DNA of 64,000 nt from Octopus sinensis (lineage: Eukaryota). Location: assembly GCF_006345805.1 (NCBI RefSeq), contig NC_043010.1, forward strand, positions 5,208,001 to 5,272,000, read 5' to 3'. Numbering within the stretch: position 1 is the first letter of the stretch; each line of letters opens with the position of its first letter. The position numbers were made by a program, and so were the translations under genes. A model generated the notes under the pieces. It was not told the DNA's origin, ran no database searches, and saw only the letters and a list, made by a program, of their open reading frames with translations. Shown here one piece after another: positions 42,768-56,414 of this stretch.

Positions 42768-43616
42768 AACAGGTAGACAGACAGACAGACAAACAGACAA
42801 ATACAAAGAAAAACAGAGAGAGATTTTTAGATAGAAAGATGGATAGATGTATGCACACACACACACAAACACACACACACATAATGAGTTATGCAGTAAA
42901 TGAAACACAAAATTATACAATAAGATTTTTGCTAACGATTCATGTTCAGATAATTTTTTTCATACAGTTTCTATACTTTATTATTCTTTTTTGCTTAATT
43001 TACTTTACTACGATATTTACTCAGCTGCACTCACCTTTTTCAAATGTTATGCATGTTGAAACATGCTGAAAATTAGCATTGATATGTAAATTTGTCTTGT
43101 TTTTCACTTTTTTCCTTCTCTGCAAAACGTTTTTTTTCTTCACTACGAAGAAACTATTTCAATGACAATTGCTAAATTTTTTTCTTATATCATTTAATTG
43201 ATCTTAATCATTATCACTCCTTTTTAGATGAGTACATTTTGAAAATATCTCTTTTATGATGTTTTGTCTTGCCTTCGTTTTATCGTGTTCGTTCTCCAAC
43301 TAAAATGCACTCAAACAGAGGATGATAAAGTGCTTGTTTTTAATCTGTTTGTTTTCTTTAGAGCAGTACGTTTCCAAGTATCTTATTGCCTCTCTTTATC
43401 CATGTAATTATCTACTTAGTTTCTTCAAGAATAGAAGAAGTAACATCCACTTTTTTTGTTTATAACGGCAAAAACATAGGATTGGTAAACAGAAATAAAA
43501 TCGAAAGGGTGGGTGGGGGGAGAAAAAAAGGTCAGAGAAATAAAGAAAAAAACACAACAAAGTTTTGATTTAAAAAATGTCACAGGAAAAATGTCACATT
43601 TCATTCAAATACCTAA

Positions 43617-43692
<76 letters not shown>

Positions 43693-43715
<23 letters not shown>

Positions 43716-44252
43716 GTACCAGGAACTGGTTCTCATGGCCTTTGATCTTAACTGATTGTAAGTGTTATCATGTACATTGTTTTGTCTTGGTATAAAAGAT
43801 GGGCTACAGCAAATATTCTGCTCAATAACACAGATTTGCTTGTCAGTTGTTTGACCTTAACCAGTTGAGCATGTCCCTTAGTGGCTGACGGTATGTGCAT
43901 CTCTGATCATGAACAGAAGTGGTGGGGGAGCATTATAGCTGTGTGTTGAAAGGAATTCTTAGAGGTTTGGATAATTCACCTTTGGAAACATGGGTGTTTT
44001 ATTCAACATCCTTAAACAATCCTTATTCAGAGACCTTTTGAGTGGGATGGGCTACTCGACCAGAAGAAAATTCTAACTGGGTCCACCTGCAAGGTGTTTA
44101 TTTTGATATGAGATCACCATGTTGTGCATATATGGTTGTGATGCATGTGCCTGGTGTACCCTTATCAGATGTGTAGTCATGATAGGTATACTGGGCTTCG
44201 TATATTTTACTCCAGTGTCACTTTGATTGCATGCACTACTCTCTCTCACTCA
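43693..44252. repeat. Non-coding dispersed repeat embedded in (TAA)n
   Basis: Right end (CCAGTGTCACTTTGATTGCATGCACT.CTCTCTC) is the reverse complement of 31629-31720, which is also embedded in (ATT)n. Confidence 0.6.
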
Positions 44253-45439
44253 ATAGTAATAATAATAACAATAATCATGATCGTGATTATGATTATGTTT
44301 GACATAATTATCATTGTTGTCATCATCATTGTTATCATCATCATTGTTGTTGTCGTCATCATCATCATCATCATCATCTTCTGCTTATGTCCACATTTCA
44401 TGGTGACCGAATGCTTTGTAAATAAGTTTGCGAATGAGCCAAGAAAAGCATAAGGTTGAGAGGTCCCTTTAGGCACATCTTATTGAACAAGAATACAAAC
44501 CCCCTTAGTGCTGGTGTCATAATAAATGCACACTGTAAGTGGTTGATGATAAAAATTCATTCAACCATGGAAGCCAAGGCAAAAATGAAGTGAAAGAACA
44601 AGAAATGGTCACTCTACTCTATGATGACAGTTACTAAATGACAGTAAAATTAATTTACCCTTCAGCATCCAGATTACTTACTTATGCACATTGATTTAAA
44701 TTAATCATGCATTATATCATAGTTTTGAGATTTTGATGATGTAATTGTTTATATTTAGAATGACATTGTTGGATAAGTGTGAGAGGTTGGATCCAGCCAG
44801 TTTGAACTTAAAACAGGTTGAATATTTGGGCCAAATATGGCTAGTTTAAATGGTAAGCAAATAATATATTAAATCACTTTATAACTGATGACATTTGACT
44901 TTAACTTATACACAATGACAGCACTGTCTATATAATCCCTTCTACTACAGGCACAAGGACTGAAATTTTGGGGGAGGGGATAGTCGATTACATCGATTCC
45001 AGTGTTTCACTGGTACTTAATCTATCGATCCTAAAAGGATGAAAGGCAAAGCCGACCTTGGTGGAATTTGAACTCAGAACGTAGTGACGGGTGAAATACC
45101 ACTACGCATTTTGTCCAGCATGCTAACATCTCTGCCTTAGCACTGTCTATATAATGATATTACATGTATGAGGAAAAGAAAAAATCAAGTTTTATTTAAT
45201 GCCTGGAATAAAATATTTGTTTCTAATTGTGGCACAAGGCCAGCAACTTCGTGTGCAGGGGACTAATTGATTACATTAACCCCTAGTATTTGACTGGTAC
45301 TACATTTCATCAACCCTGAAGTGATAAAAATCAAAGTTGACCAGTGTAAGATTTGAACTCATATACTCCTTTACTCTTTTACTTGTTTCAGTCATTTTAC
45401 TGTGGTCATGGTGGAGCACCGCCTTTAAAAATGCGTGAC

Positions 45440-45551
45440 GCTTACAGCACCTAGGTTTCCCAAGTGGTCACCCATCTAAGTACTAACTAGGCTTGACGTT
45501 GCTTAACTTCAGTGATCAGACGAGAACCAGTGCTTTCAACGTGATATGGCC
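45440..45551 (-). pseudogene. 5S rRNA pseudogene lacking ~6 nt at the 5' end, followed by an 8-nt trailer and T5
   Basis: Reverse complement GGCCATATCACGTTGAAAGCACTGGTTCTCGTCTGATCACTGAAGTTAAGCAACGTCAAGCCTAGTTAGTACTTAGATGGGTGACCACTTGGGAAACCTAGGTGCTGTAAGC matches metazoan 5S, including box A and box C. Confidence 0.92.
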
Positions 45552-45879
45552 AACATTTTGAGGGGAGGGTATTAATTGATTACAACAGACCCAGCATTTT
45601 ATTTTATCAACCCTGAAAAGATGTAAAACAAAGATGACCTTGGTGGGATTCAAACCATATAATAAACGTTTCTAATTTCTAATTTAAACACAAGGCCAGC
45701 AACTTTTGCAGTGAATTGATTATCTCAATCCAAGTATTTGACTATGTTATATACTATATTATATCAACCCTGAAAAGATGAAAAGCAAAGATCTCTTTGG
45801 TAGGATTTGAACTCGTAATAATTATTTCTAGTTTTGGCACAAGGTCTGCTACTTCTGAGGGAAAGGGACTCTCTCTTTC

Positions 45880-46273
45880 TTTTTTCTTTTAATTGTTTCA
45901 GTCATTTGACTGCAGCCATGCTGGAGCACCGCCTTTAATCGAGCAACTCGACCCCGGGACTTATTCTTTGTAAGCCCAGTACTTATTCTATCGGTCTCTT
46001 TTGCCGAACCGCTAAGTGACGGGGACATAAACACACCAGCATCGGTTGTCAAGCAATGCTAGGGGAACAAACACAGACACGCATACATATATATATATAT
46101 ACATATATACGACGGGCTTCTTTCAGGTTCCATCTACAAATCCACTTACAAGGCTTTGGTCGGCCCGAGGTTATAGTAGAAGACACTTGCCCAAGGTACC
46201 ATGCAGTGGGACTGAACCTGGAACCATGTGGTTGGTAAGGAAGCTACTTACAACACAGCCACTCCTGCGCCTA
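45880..46273 (-). mobile_element. Family-2 SINE
   Basis: Reverse complement of the 10322-10745 layout. Confidence 0.85.
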
Positions 46274-46763
46274 TTAACTCCCCAGTATTTGACTGGTTCC
46301 AATCCTCAGCAGATATTGAACTCAGAACATAAAGAAGCCTGGGATAAAAACCACCAAACATTATTTCCATTGCTTTAATGATTCTGCAAATCCACTCTCC
46401 TTATCATGAATAAAATGATGAAGTGAAGTCTTCCAGTGACTATTTTTTGTAATTTTTTTTTCCAGTGAATTTTTTTTCCTAGATTCAGAAAAATTCACTG
46501 GAAACATTTATTTTAGAGAAACATCATTATAAAAAATTTATTACATTGCTTTATCTTAATTTTTATCTTTTATCTATTCCTAGGATCAGTCATTGGACTG
46601 CAGCCATACTGGGGCACCATCTTGAAGGATTTAGTCAAAGAAATCAATGCCAGCACTTACTTTCTTTACATCTGATTTTCTTTTGCTAAACCGGTGTGTT
46701 ATGAGGATGTAAATAAACAAACACCTGTTGTCAAGTTGTGGGAAATATACAAACATAAACATG

Positions 46764-46824
<61 letters not shown>

Positions 46825-47826
46825 ACATGACGTTTTCCCACAATTTCTGTCTCCCAAATTCACTCAGAAGTTATTGGTTGACCCAACGATACAGAAGAAG
46901 ACACCTCTTGCCCAAGGTTCCACACAGTGGGACTAAACCTGAAACCATGTGATTGCAAAGAGAACTTCTTAACCACACAGCCATGCCTGTGCATATAAAT
47001 TGCTGCCAGACATTATTGAGCTAGAGGTGATTAAAGTTGCTGATTATTGCTATGGAGAAGGTCCTTCTATAATAAGTATACAACATCCTAAAGAGATTTC
47101 AGAGCTAAACACAAATACAATGAAAAAATTCAATGTTCTTCAAGTTATTGAAGTAGAATGAAAGGTCATGTAACATATTTCTACTAGAATGGTTAGCGCT
47201 TATATTATTTTGATTGTGAAGATCAATGGATGTTTGGACCTGCAGGGCACCTGACAAAATGTCTTGTGGTATTTAATTATGGCCTCTTAATTTGTTGAAA
47301 TCTCGTTGAGGTTAACTTCACCTTTCTTCCTTCTAGCATTGCTAGAATAAATAAATATCAGTCAAGTAGTTAAGCCAATTTCATCTCTTCCGTATCTAGG
47401 AATTATAAGAATATATATTGACACCAGTACTTAGCAGGTACTTATCAATACTAGGAAGATGAAAGGCAAAGGCAGTCATGGATTTCTGTTATATTTCCTT
47501 TTACTTTCAGAATGCTTTACATTTCTATTAAGTAGGCCCCAGTACTTGACTGGTACTTGATTTTATCAACCCTGGAAGGAGGATAAGCAGAGTTTGTTGT
47601 TACCTTTCCTTATAACTGCATTCATATCTTGGATGATTTATAAAAATATTAAATCAACTCTAGTACTTGTTGAGTGCTTGATTGTATCACTGCTAGAAGG
47701 ATGTAAAGCAAAATTCATTTTAGTTTTCTATAATTCCATTCACAGCTAATATTCGTCATAAAAATATAAATGGAGTGTAATTCATTGGTATTTCATTTTA
47801 TCAGCCCTGAAAGACAAAAGATATAT

Positions 47827-48038
47827 ATTTCTTTACTACCCACAAGGGGCTAAACAAGGACAGACAAAGGGATTAAGTCGATTACATCGACCCCAGTGGG
47901 TAACTGGTACTTAATTTATCGACCCCGAAAGGATGAAAGGCAAAGTTGACCTCGGCGGAATTTGAACTCACAACGTAACGACAGACGAAATACCGCTAAG
48001 CATTTCGCCTGGCGCGCTAACGTTTCTGCCAGCTCGCC
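47827..48038 (-). mobile_element. Young family-1 (Meta-like) SINE
   Basis: CpG-rich near-match to 59-278. Confidence 0.85.
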
Positions 48039-49044
48039 GATATAGTTGACCGATATCTTTTGAAATTTGAACTCAGACCGTAAAGGGTGTAATTAAATTC
48101 AAAAATACTTAGCTCTCTAGTACTTCTGCTAATCAACTACCTCAATCAATACCATGAAATAAACTTGGAATATGAAATTTTGTATCTATGTTAGATAGAA
48201 ATCATTGTTTTGAATGTGTGATTATATATATATATATATGTGTACGAAATCATTATTTTGAACGTGTGAAAATTGTCTACAAAATCAAATTTAAGAACAG
48301 AAGCACTGTCAGAGCATCATGTCAAGATGTTTTCTGTGATATTAAATGTTTCAAAAAAAATCAGCAATGGTGAGATAAATATCAGAGATGCTTTGCTCCA
48401 CACAAAACCTGCAAGAGCTACTCAAAAATATTCCAAATTCTTCTTCTGTATTCATTGCAATGCTGGAAACCCTTTTATTCCATCAGCAGATAACTCGGGG
48501 TCACAAGTATTCCAGCACTTAGCCTGTATGCTTCACATAACAGGGCAGTGAAGTATGGATAAACCTTCACTTGTAGAAGGGTTCCATCTGGGGTCTCTTG
48601 TTCACTGGAACCACCTGTTGCCATGCCTCTCCCCTTGGTGACTGTCTCGAGTTTGTCTGGGTTTCAGACCATTCTTCTGCAGGGAAAAGCACATTGTGGG
48701 ACCCAGAACTGTTATGTTTTAAGTCTCTCAAGAAATTATGATTGTCATGTAACTTCAAGTGTGCCAGTCACAATAACATCTATGTGTGTGTGAGTGTATG
48801 TGTGTGTGTGTTTGAGTGTGTTCACGTGTATTTGTGTGTGTGTGTGTGAATATGTGTACGTGTGAGTGCATGTGCATGTACGTAAATATATGTACCAATA
48901 CTTATGTCTACATGCATCATCATCATTTAATGTCCCATTTTTCTATGCTTGCATGCATCAGATGGTATTTGCCACGGCAAGTTTTCTATGGGAGATTAGA
49001 AATGAAGAACATTGCTGGTATGATGGTACTGCTCACTTACGACC

Positions 49045-49350
49045 GTCATGTGATGTCAAGGACAAGAGTACACACATCATGTGATGTCAAGGACAAGAGT
49101 ACACACATTATGTGATGTCAAGGACAAGAGTATACACATCATGTGATGTCAAGGACAAGAGTACACACATGTGATGTCAAGGACAAGAGTTCACACATCA
49201 TGTGATGTCAAGGACAAGTGTTCACACATCATGTGATGTCAAAGACAAGAGTACACACATTATGTGATGTTAAGGACAAGAGTACACACATTACGTGATA
49301 TTAAGGACAAGAGTACATACATTATGTGATGTTAAGGACAAGAGTATACA
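49045..49350. repeat. Minisatellite, 10 x ~31 bp (CATCATGTGATGTCAAGGACAAGAGTACACA)
   Basis: Direct count of units. Confidence 0.95.
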
Positions 49351-49671
49351 CACACACACGCCCACATGTGCACATACACACACATATGCATGTACACACA
49401 CACATATGCAAGCACGCATGCATGCACATATGCATGGACACACATTTTCACACACACGTGCACATATGCATGAACACATATGCATACATGCAAAGATACA
49501 TATATATATATAGGTGCTGGAGCTACATAAAAAGCACTCAGTTTCTAAAGTGGTTGGCATTAGGAAGGGCATCCAGCACATGCCAACACAGAAGATGTAT
49601 ACACATGCTAAATGATGATGATGATGATGAAGATGATGCTGCTATGTGTAAATATATGTGTGTGTGTGTAT

Positions 49672-49892
49672 ACATCACTAAAGTGACAAAGGGCACTAAT
49701 TAGCACCAGTGTTGCTAGAAATAAGAGTTAAAACAAGTCAATAGCCACAGAAACGCTATCTTAATTATTGACTTGGGAGCTTGCCTCACTTGTCAGTAAT
49801 TAAGACAGTGCTTCCATGGCTACTAAGTTGTTTTGACTCTTATTTCTAGCAATATTAGTGCTGATTAGTGCTCTTTGTCACTTTAGTGATGT
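49672..49892. mobile_element. Fold-back (fully palindromic) MITE-like element
   Basis: ACATCACTAAAGTGACAAAG.GCACTAAT... / ...ATTAGTGCTCTTTGTCACTTTAGTGATGT; pairing runs almost to the centre. Confidence 0.75.
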
Positions 49893-50209
49893 TTATATTT
49901 CTGCCTTTAGGTTGTAAAATTGCGAATTAGCCAACAATATTATTTATATATATGTGTATATATATATACACACACCAAATCCACTTGCAAGAATTTTGTC
50001 AGCTCTGGGCTATAGTAGCAGTCCTGAGTAGGACTGAACCTGAAACCACATGATTGAGAAGGAAAATATTTAACCACACAACCATGCCTGCACCTACATA
50101 TACATACATATTTACATACACATATAAATATAAATATGAATATAAATATATAAATATACATATATATATATATATAGATAGATATATATACATATATATA
50201 CATATATAT

Positions 50210-50248
<39 letters not shown>

Positions 50249-51582
50249 TATATATAGTGAATTTTTAGTGAATTTGGTAGACAGGAAACTGAAAGAAGTC
50301 TATTGCATGTGTGCACACACACACACACACATATATATGTGTGTGTGTGTATGTCTATATGTATATGTATATGTTGGCTTGCATGCCTAGCCAGCAGGGT
50401 GGTGTCATTCAAAAGCTAAAATGATGCAAAGCATATTGTGACCAGTGATGTATAACAACACCCAATAGTCTACTTGGTCATGCAATCATATGATATATGT
50501 ACACACACACACAACACATACACTAATACATGTACACATCCTAGCCACTAGACCATTCACCACCACCCCATACTATATAGGATACCAAAAGGAAGATGCT
50601 TTTAACATGTTGAGTAGACTAGGGATACCTACCACAAATTGACTAAGAATTACAACAGATCAGAGAATGATGTTAAATAATGCCAAATCTCAGCTGAGCA
50701 AGACATTACATCATCCATATTAAAGGAGAACAGACTTGCAGATGCATTAGCTCTAACAGAAATAAACGATAAATCTCATGCTAGTAACAACAATGTTATT
50801 GTGGATATAATAAGTTACTATAACAATATATAAAAGAGAAGGTTGAATAAAAAAGAAGATGAGTGAATCATATGGAAGTTAAGTTAATTAAAACTTCAAT
50901 TGGATGAAAGTAAAAATGGAAGGGAAAGCATTTAGATGAAATTCAAAGTGTTTTAGCAGCAATCAGGGGCAGAAATACCATTTTGAAATCACGGTTTTAG
51001 AAGGAAAATGTAATACAAGAGTACATTAGAGAAGAAGAAAATGAAAATTTCTACCTTTGTTTATCTTGAAGGCATTCTGTCTAATCAAATTACATATATG
51101 CGTTTCTGAGTACATACATACATACAGACAAACAGACAGACAACAGACAGACACGCACACACACACACACACACAGATGGGCACACAACACACACATATA
51201 TATATATATATATTATATATATATATATGTTTGTACATGTGAGTATATTTATATATATGTATATGTATATATATATATGCTTATATGTGTATATATATAT
51301 ATATACATGTGTGTATATATATATATATATATATACGTATATGTATGTATATATAAATGAATAAATACATATGTACATATGCATATGTCTATGTGCATGC
51401 ATGTATATACATATATATATATATATATTTCCTGAGCGTCCAATAATACTTTATTTTTATATATATATATAGATATATATATATATATAATAATACTTTA
51501 TAATTATATATATATATAGATATATATATATATATATACCTATACATATATTCATACATACATGCATATATATATATATATA

Positions 51583-51628
<46 letters not shown>

Positions 51629-51959
51629 TTGATGATAACTGCAAAAGGCAAATCAAAACTATGACAAAAGAGAAACTACAGAGATGGAAAATGAAAATAT
51701 TGAAACCATAAACAAGACGGCAAAATATTTCTTTTTTCAGAAGTGGGGAAACCATTTTAGAAGTAGATAATCAGAAGACCGTATAATTTCTATTAAATAA
51801 GAACAACTTCCATTAAGTAAAAGTAACATGGAAAAAAAAAAAAAAAACACTTTTGCCTATACAGAACGCAGCGATGAAATACAAAAGAGAACCAAACAAG
51901 ACCGGAACACTGAAATCAAAACAGATAGGATTAAAGAAACAAGGGAAAAAAAATAACAG

Positions 51960-52630
51960 GATAAAAATAGAACCACAAAACATACTCAAGATGAAACAGA
52001 GAGAAAAATCACTCCATGGCCATTACCCTGTGAGGCTTAACAGAGAAGATGTGAGCCTAAGTGAAAGCCAACAATAACTCAAAAGCATTGGATTAAAAGC
52101 AGAAATGGAAGGATTGATTCTTACTGCCCAAGATCAATGCTTGACCACAAAGAACTATAAAAGCAGTTATAAGGAAAACTGGCCCTTACATGAAATGCAA
52201 AATGTGCAACAAGTACAATGAGACAGTTGACCACATCATCTCTGGCTACCCAGTCCTGGTCAAGTCTAAATATATATATACAGACATGACTGAGTGAGTA
52301 GCTACAGCCACTGGACAATTAGCCAACACCTCAACATAAAAACAAACAAGAAGTGGTATAAACATATGTCAAACAAGGTACATGAGAAGAACTGGGTCAT
52401 AATTGTCTGGGATATGTCTGTTCAAACCAACAAAGGAATCAAAGGGAATCACCCAGACATAATAATCAAGGACTGGGAAAAAAAAACACATGCTTACTAA
52501 AAAAACTGTGGTTCATTATGACCAAAATATTGTTCAAAATGAAGTGGAGAAACTGTCAAAATTCAAAGATTTTGAAACTGAAATATTCAAGATGTGGGGC
52601 ATGAAAGCAAAAATAATACCAGTAATAACT
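51960..52630 (+). pseudogene. R4/Dong-like non-LTR retrotransposon C-terminus (CCHC knuckle plus restriction-like endonuclease)
   Basis: LHGHY; EGLILTAQDQ; CKMC...ETVDHIISG; YIYRHD; VWDMSVQT..IKGNHPDIIIKD; EVEKLSKFKD..MWGMKAKIIPVI. Confidence 0.9.
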
Positions 52631-52867
52631 GAAAAAAAGAAATTATCCTCGTTTCTACTAGGCATAAGGGCCTGAGGCACAGTCAATTACATCGACTCCA
52701 GTATTCAACTGGTACTTTTTTCATTGACCCTGAAAGAATGAAAGGCAAAGTCAACCTTAGTAGAATTTGAACTAAGAATATAAAGAGCCGGAAAAGAGCT
52801 CTAAGCATTTTGTCCAGAATGGTAACGATTCTGTTAGCTTACCACTTTAATGATGATGATAATGATA

Positions 52868-52926
<59 letters not shown>

Positions 52927-53190
52927 GCCCTTTCTACTAAAGGTACAAAGTCTGAAATTTTTTGGAGGGGACTAGTTGGATACATCAACCCCAGTACTCC
53001 ACTGCTACTTAATTTATTGACCCCAAAAGGATAAAAGGCAAAGTTTCCCTCAGCAGAATTTGAACTCAGAATGTAGCACAGGCTAAATACAACTAAGCAT
53101 TTCACCAGGAATGCTAATGATTCTGCCAGCTCACTACATTAATAATAATAGCAATAATGATAATAATAATAGTAATAATAATATTGGTGT

Positions 53191-53298
<108 letters not shown>

Positions 53299-53476
53299 TA
53301 GTAATAGTAGTAGTAGTAGTAGTAAAATACGAAATTATAATAATAATGATAATATTAAAATATATGTTCCTTTTGTAAACACAAAATAATTTTTGAAGAT
53401 AAATTATTGAAAATTTATTATAGACAAAAATAAAACATAGGTTTAAATAATTAAAAATGCAACACATGCAAATATA

Positions 53477-53511
<35 letters not shown>

Positions 53512-54076
53512 TGCTTGCACATGTGCAGACACATAGCACACACATATATGTATATACACATACACACAAACACTCACCCATGTGCACATACACTCACACA
53601 TACACACACACAGAGGCAAATAATAAATTATCCAGTGACTGAATTTTTCAGACAAGTGAGGTACATCAAAGAAAAGATATAACCATTATTTTCGTAATGA
53701 ATTGATCTTAAAAATTAAAAAAAAATGTTTTGCAGAAAAAGATGGAGAAATAGAAAGGATTATGGTAAAAGTGAGACAATCTAGATTTCTAGATAGCAAA
53801 AGATAAAAGGAAGGCAAATACAAACAATGTAAAATAGAAAACTGTTATGTATTGACTAAGAAAACAAACTGTGAAGCTCGTTAGATAGGTAAAAATATTA
53901 TATTTTCAGGGATATTTCTCTCCACACACTTGAACAAATATGTGAATGCAAAATGTTTGTTTTTTATCAAAACATTAAAGATACTATATTAAACCTTGAC
54001 TGTGTGATGCACACATACTCTCTCTCTCACACACAAAAAAGATTTTCAGTGGGGAAGCATTTACATATATATATAT

Positions 54077-54109
<33 letters not shown>

Positions 54110-55114
54110 TATATATATATAAATATAAATAATAAGCAGTACTATGAAGTTGCATAGCATTACCTTTAATTCTTTAATTTATATACTGCCTTACCTAGAT
54201 CATATATGAATTTATGTGTGTGTGTGTGTGTGTGCGCATATACATATCTGTATATATATATCTATATATACATATATATGTGTGTGTGTGTATGTGTGCA
54301 CACGCACACACACACATCTCTGTGTGTATTTTTGTTCCTGTGTTTGTCCCCCCTCTCCCACCACTCAATAGTGTTGGTTTGTTAATGTCCTCATGACTTA
54401 GCAGTTCAGCAAAAGTGATTGATAAAATAAGTACCAGATTTTAAGAAAATGAAAAAAAGAAGTTCCTGGAGTCAATTTCTTCAACCCTTCAAGGCAGTGC
54501 CCCACCATGGCCACAGTCCAACGACTGGAACAAGCAAAAGATAAAAAGCTATCAGTAATTGCTAGTGTGTATGGCCAGTCACAATGATGAGCATTTCAGT
54601 TCATACAATCAACTGAGGAGCCTGCTTGTTAAATTAACATGCAAGTGGCTGAGCACTCACAGACACATGTACCCATAACATACTTTCCAGGGAGATACAG
54701 TGTAACACAAATTGTGATAAAGCTGGCCCCTTTGAATTTCAGGCACTACTCATTTTTGCCAACTGAGTGGACTGGAGCCACGAGAAATAAAGTTTCTTGC
54801 TGAAGGACACAATGGACTGTCAGGAATTAAGCTCACAATCTTATGATCATGAGCTGAATACCTTAGAAATATAATTATTACAAAAAAAAGTATTGAATAA
54901 TCAAAGTGTTTTGGGTTTTTCATTTTCAAATGCTTCTCTGTCAATTACCAAATAATTGAAAATAAAAATAAAATTACAGAGATGTACTTGCATAGCAAGT
55001 GACCTAATCTAAGATCGTGTACTGGAACGAAAAAAATTGCAATGTGGAAGGTGTTTATAAGCCATTTAAGCAACACACAAAAACCGTTAGATTCACTTCA
55101 ACATTTAAATTTAA

Positions 55115-55169
55115 TTTGTAAAAATATTTTCGTCGCTTTGAGACCGCGACCTGTTTGTTCACTGACAAA
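55115..55169 (-). ncRNA. Minimal hammerhead motif, G3:C8 core variant, with a 4-nt duplication after the core
   Basis: Reverse complement: tttgtca GTGAACA aaca g GTCGC ggtctcaaa GCGAC GAAA atat TT ttacaaa. Confidence 0.6.
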
Positions 55170-55337
55170 GATTTCTCTCACTCCAAGTTGTTGGATGACT
55201 CTACTGAGGTCATCAGCCCATTAACAGGCTTTGTTTTGAGTCCTGCAGAGTGCCCAGCAAAAGCCACCTTCCTTAGCAAAGCAGGCTTGGTAGTATTTTA
55301 GGGTTAACCTGATCATGTTACAGATGCAGCATGGAAT

Positions 55338-55388
55338 TTTGTCAGTGAACAGGTCGCAGTCCCAAAGTGACAAAAATATTTTGACAAA
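55338..55388 (+). ncRNA. Minimal hammerhead motif, G3:C8 core variant, G12 lost
   Basis: tttgtca GTGAACA g GTCGC agtcccaaa GTGAC AAAA atat TT tgacaaa; 7-bp stem I. Confidence 0.6.
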
Positions 55389-56162
55389 TTAAATTTAAAT
55401 GTTGGAGTGAATCTAACGGTTTTGTGTGTTTCTTAAATGGCTTACAAACACCTTCCATGCTGCAAAATAAACTTATACTTTTCACATTCTATGTGTCATT
55501 TCTTAAGGTCCACCAGCAATGTGAATGAAATGACTACAGCAAGTTGTCACCGCACTAATTTATAGGTTTGGTGTTCAATTCTGGAGAATGTAAACAAACC
55601 TCTGTAAGGATCAGAAACAATTTTATTGTAAATAAACACTCCTAGAAATTCATCACAGTTATTCTGCACAGCCAGGCAAACTAAAACGGTGAAGTGGAAT
55701 TATGTATATAGCCAGAAACAAAATGAGATACTTCATTAATGGCAGTAATAATATTAATGAAGTGTTTCATTAATGACAATTTCTTTTTAACAATAGAAGT
55801 TTCCGTTGTCTTGTCCCCAGTATTATTACGATAGAAAGTGACTTCTAGACATTGATTATATTCGTTAATTACGGAGATGGTCGTTATAAAACTTAATAAT
55901 GAGGTTTTAGAGCAAAATGACCAATCAACGGTCGGTAAATCTTCAGTGCAGAAGAAAAGTTACAAGTCAACAGAACAATGCAATAATCACTCAGACACTT
56001 TGCCTAAGGAAAAAAAGAAATATTATGATCAAAATACCACTTTTTTTGTATTGGCACAAGCATCAGCAATTGAAGGGAGATATTAGAGAGGGTAAATGCC
56101 TGTGCCTGAAACATTTTAAAGTGAAGAAGGGCCTTGTACAGGGTCAGTCCCACTCTCCAGAC

Positions 56163-56414
56163 TAGTGGTTCTCAACCAGTTTTCTCCTTTGGAATCCTTT
56201 GATTCTTATTTTACATGGATGACCCTCAGAGCCATTCAATGTTTGAAAAATCTTATACTTTAAGGATTAAATATTATGAAGAATTATATAAGAAAAAATT
56301 GTTAAAACATTTGGTGTTTTGTAAAAGTATAACCAACGTATTGCACATAAATTTTAACAAAAAAATCATATATGGACCCCCAAGAAACACATGGACCCTA
56401 GTCGAGAACTGCTG
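56163..56414. mobile_element. hAT/Charlie-like MITE
   Basis: TAGTGGTTCTCAACC ... GTCGAGAACTGCTG termini; imperfect 8-bp TSD CTCCAGAC/CTCTAAAC. Confidence 0.65.

Larger units (their letters stand above)
55037..55465. repeat. Inverted repeat (arms ~130 bp) around a 165-bp fragment of another repeat
   Basis: 55037-55169 is the reverse complement of 55335-55465; the spacer matches 56530-56705. Confidence 0.85.

Noticed and set aside
49045-49350. CRISPR-like periodicity of ~31 bp
   Set aside because: The units are contiguous with no unique spacers, and the context is eukaryotic
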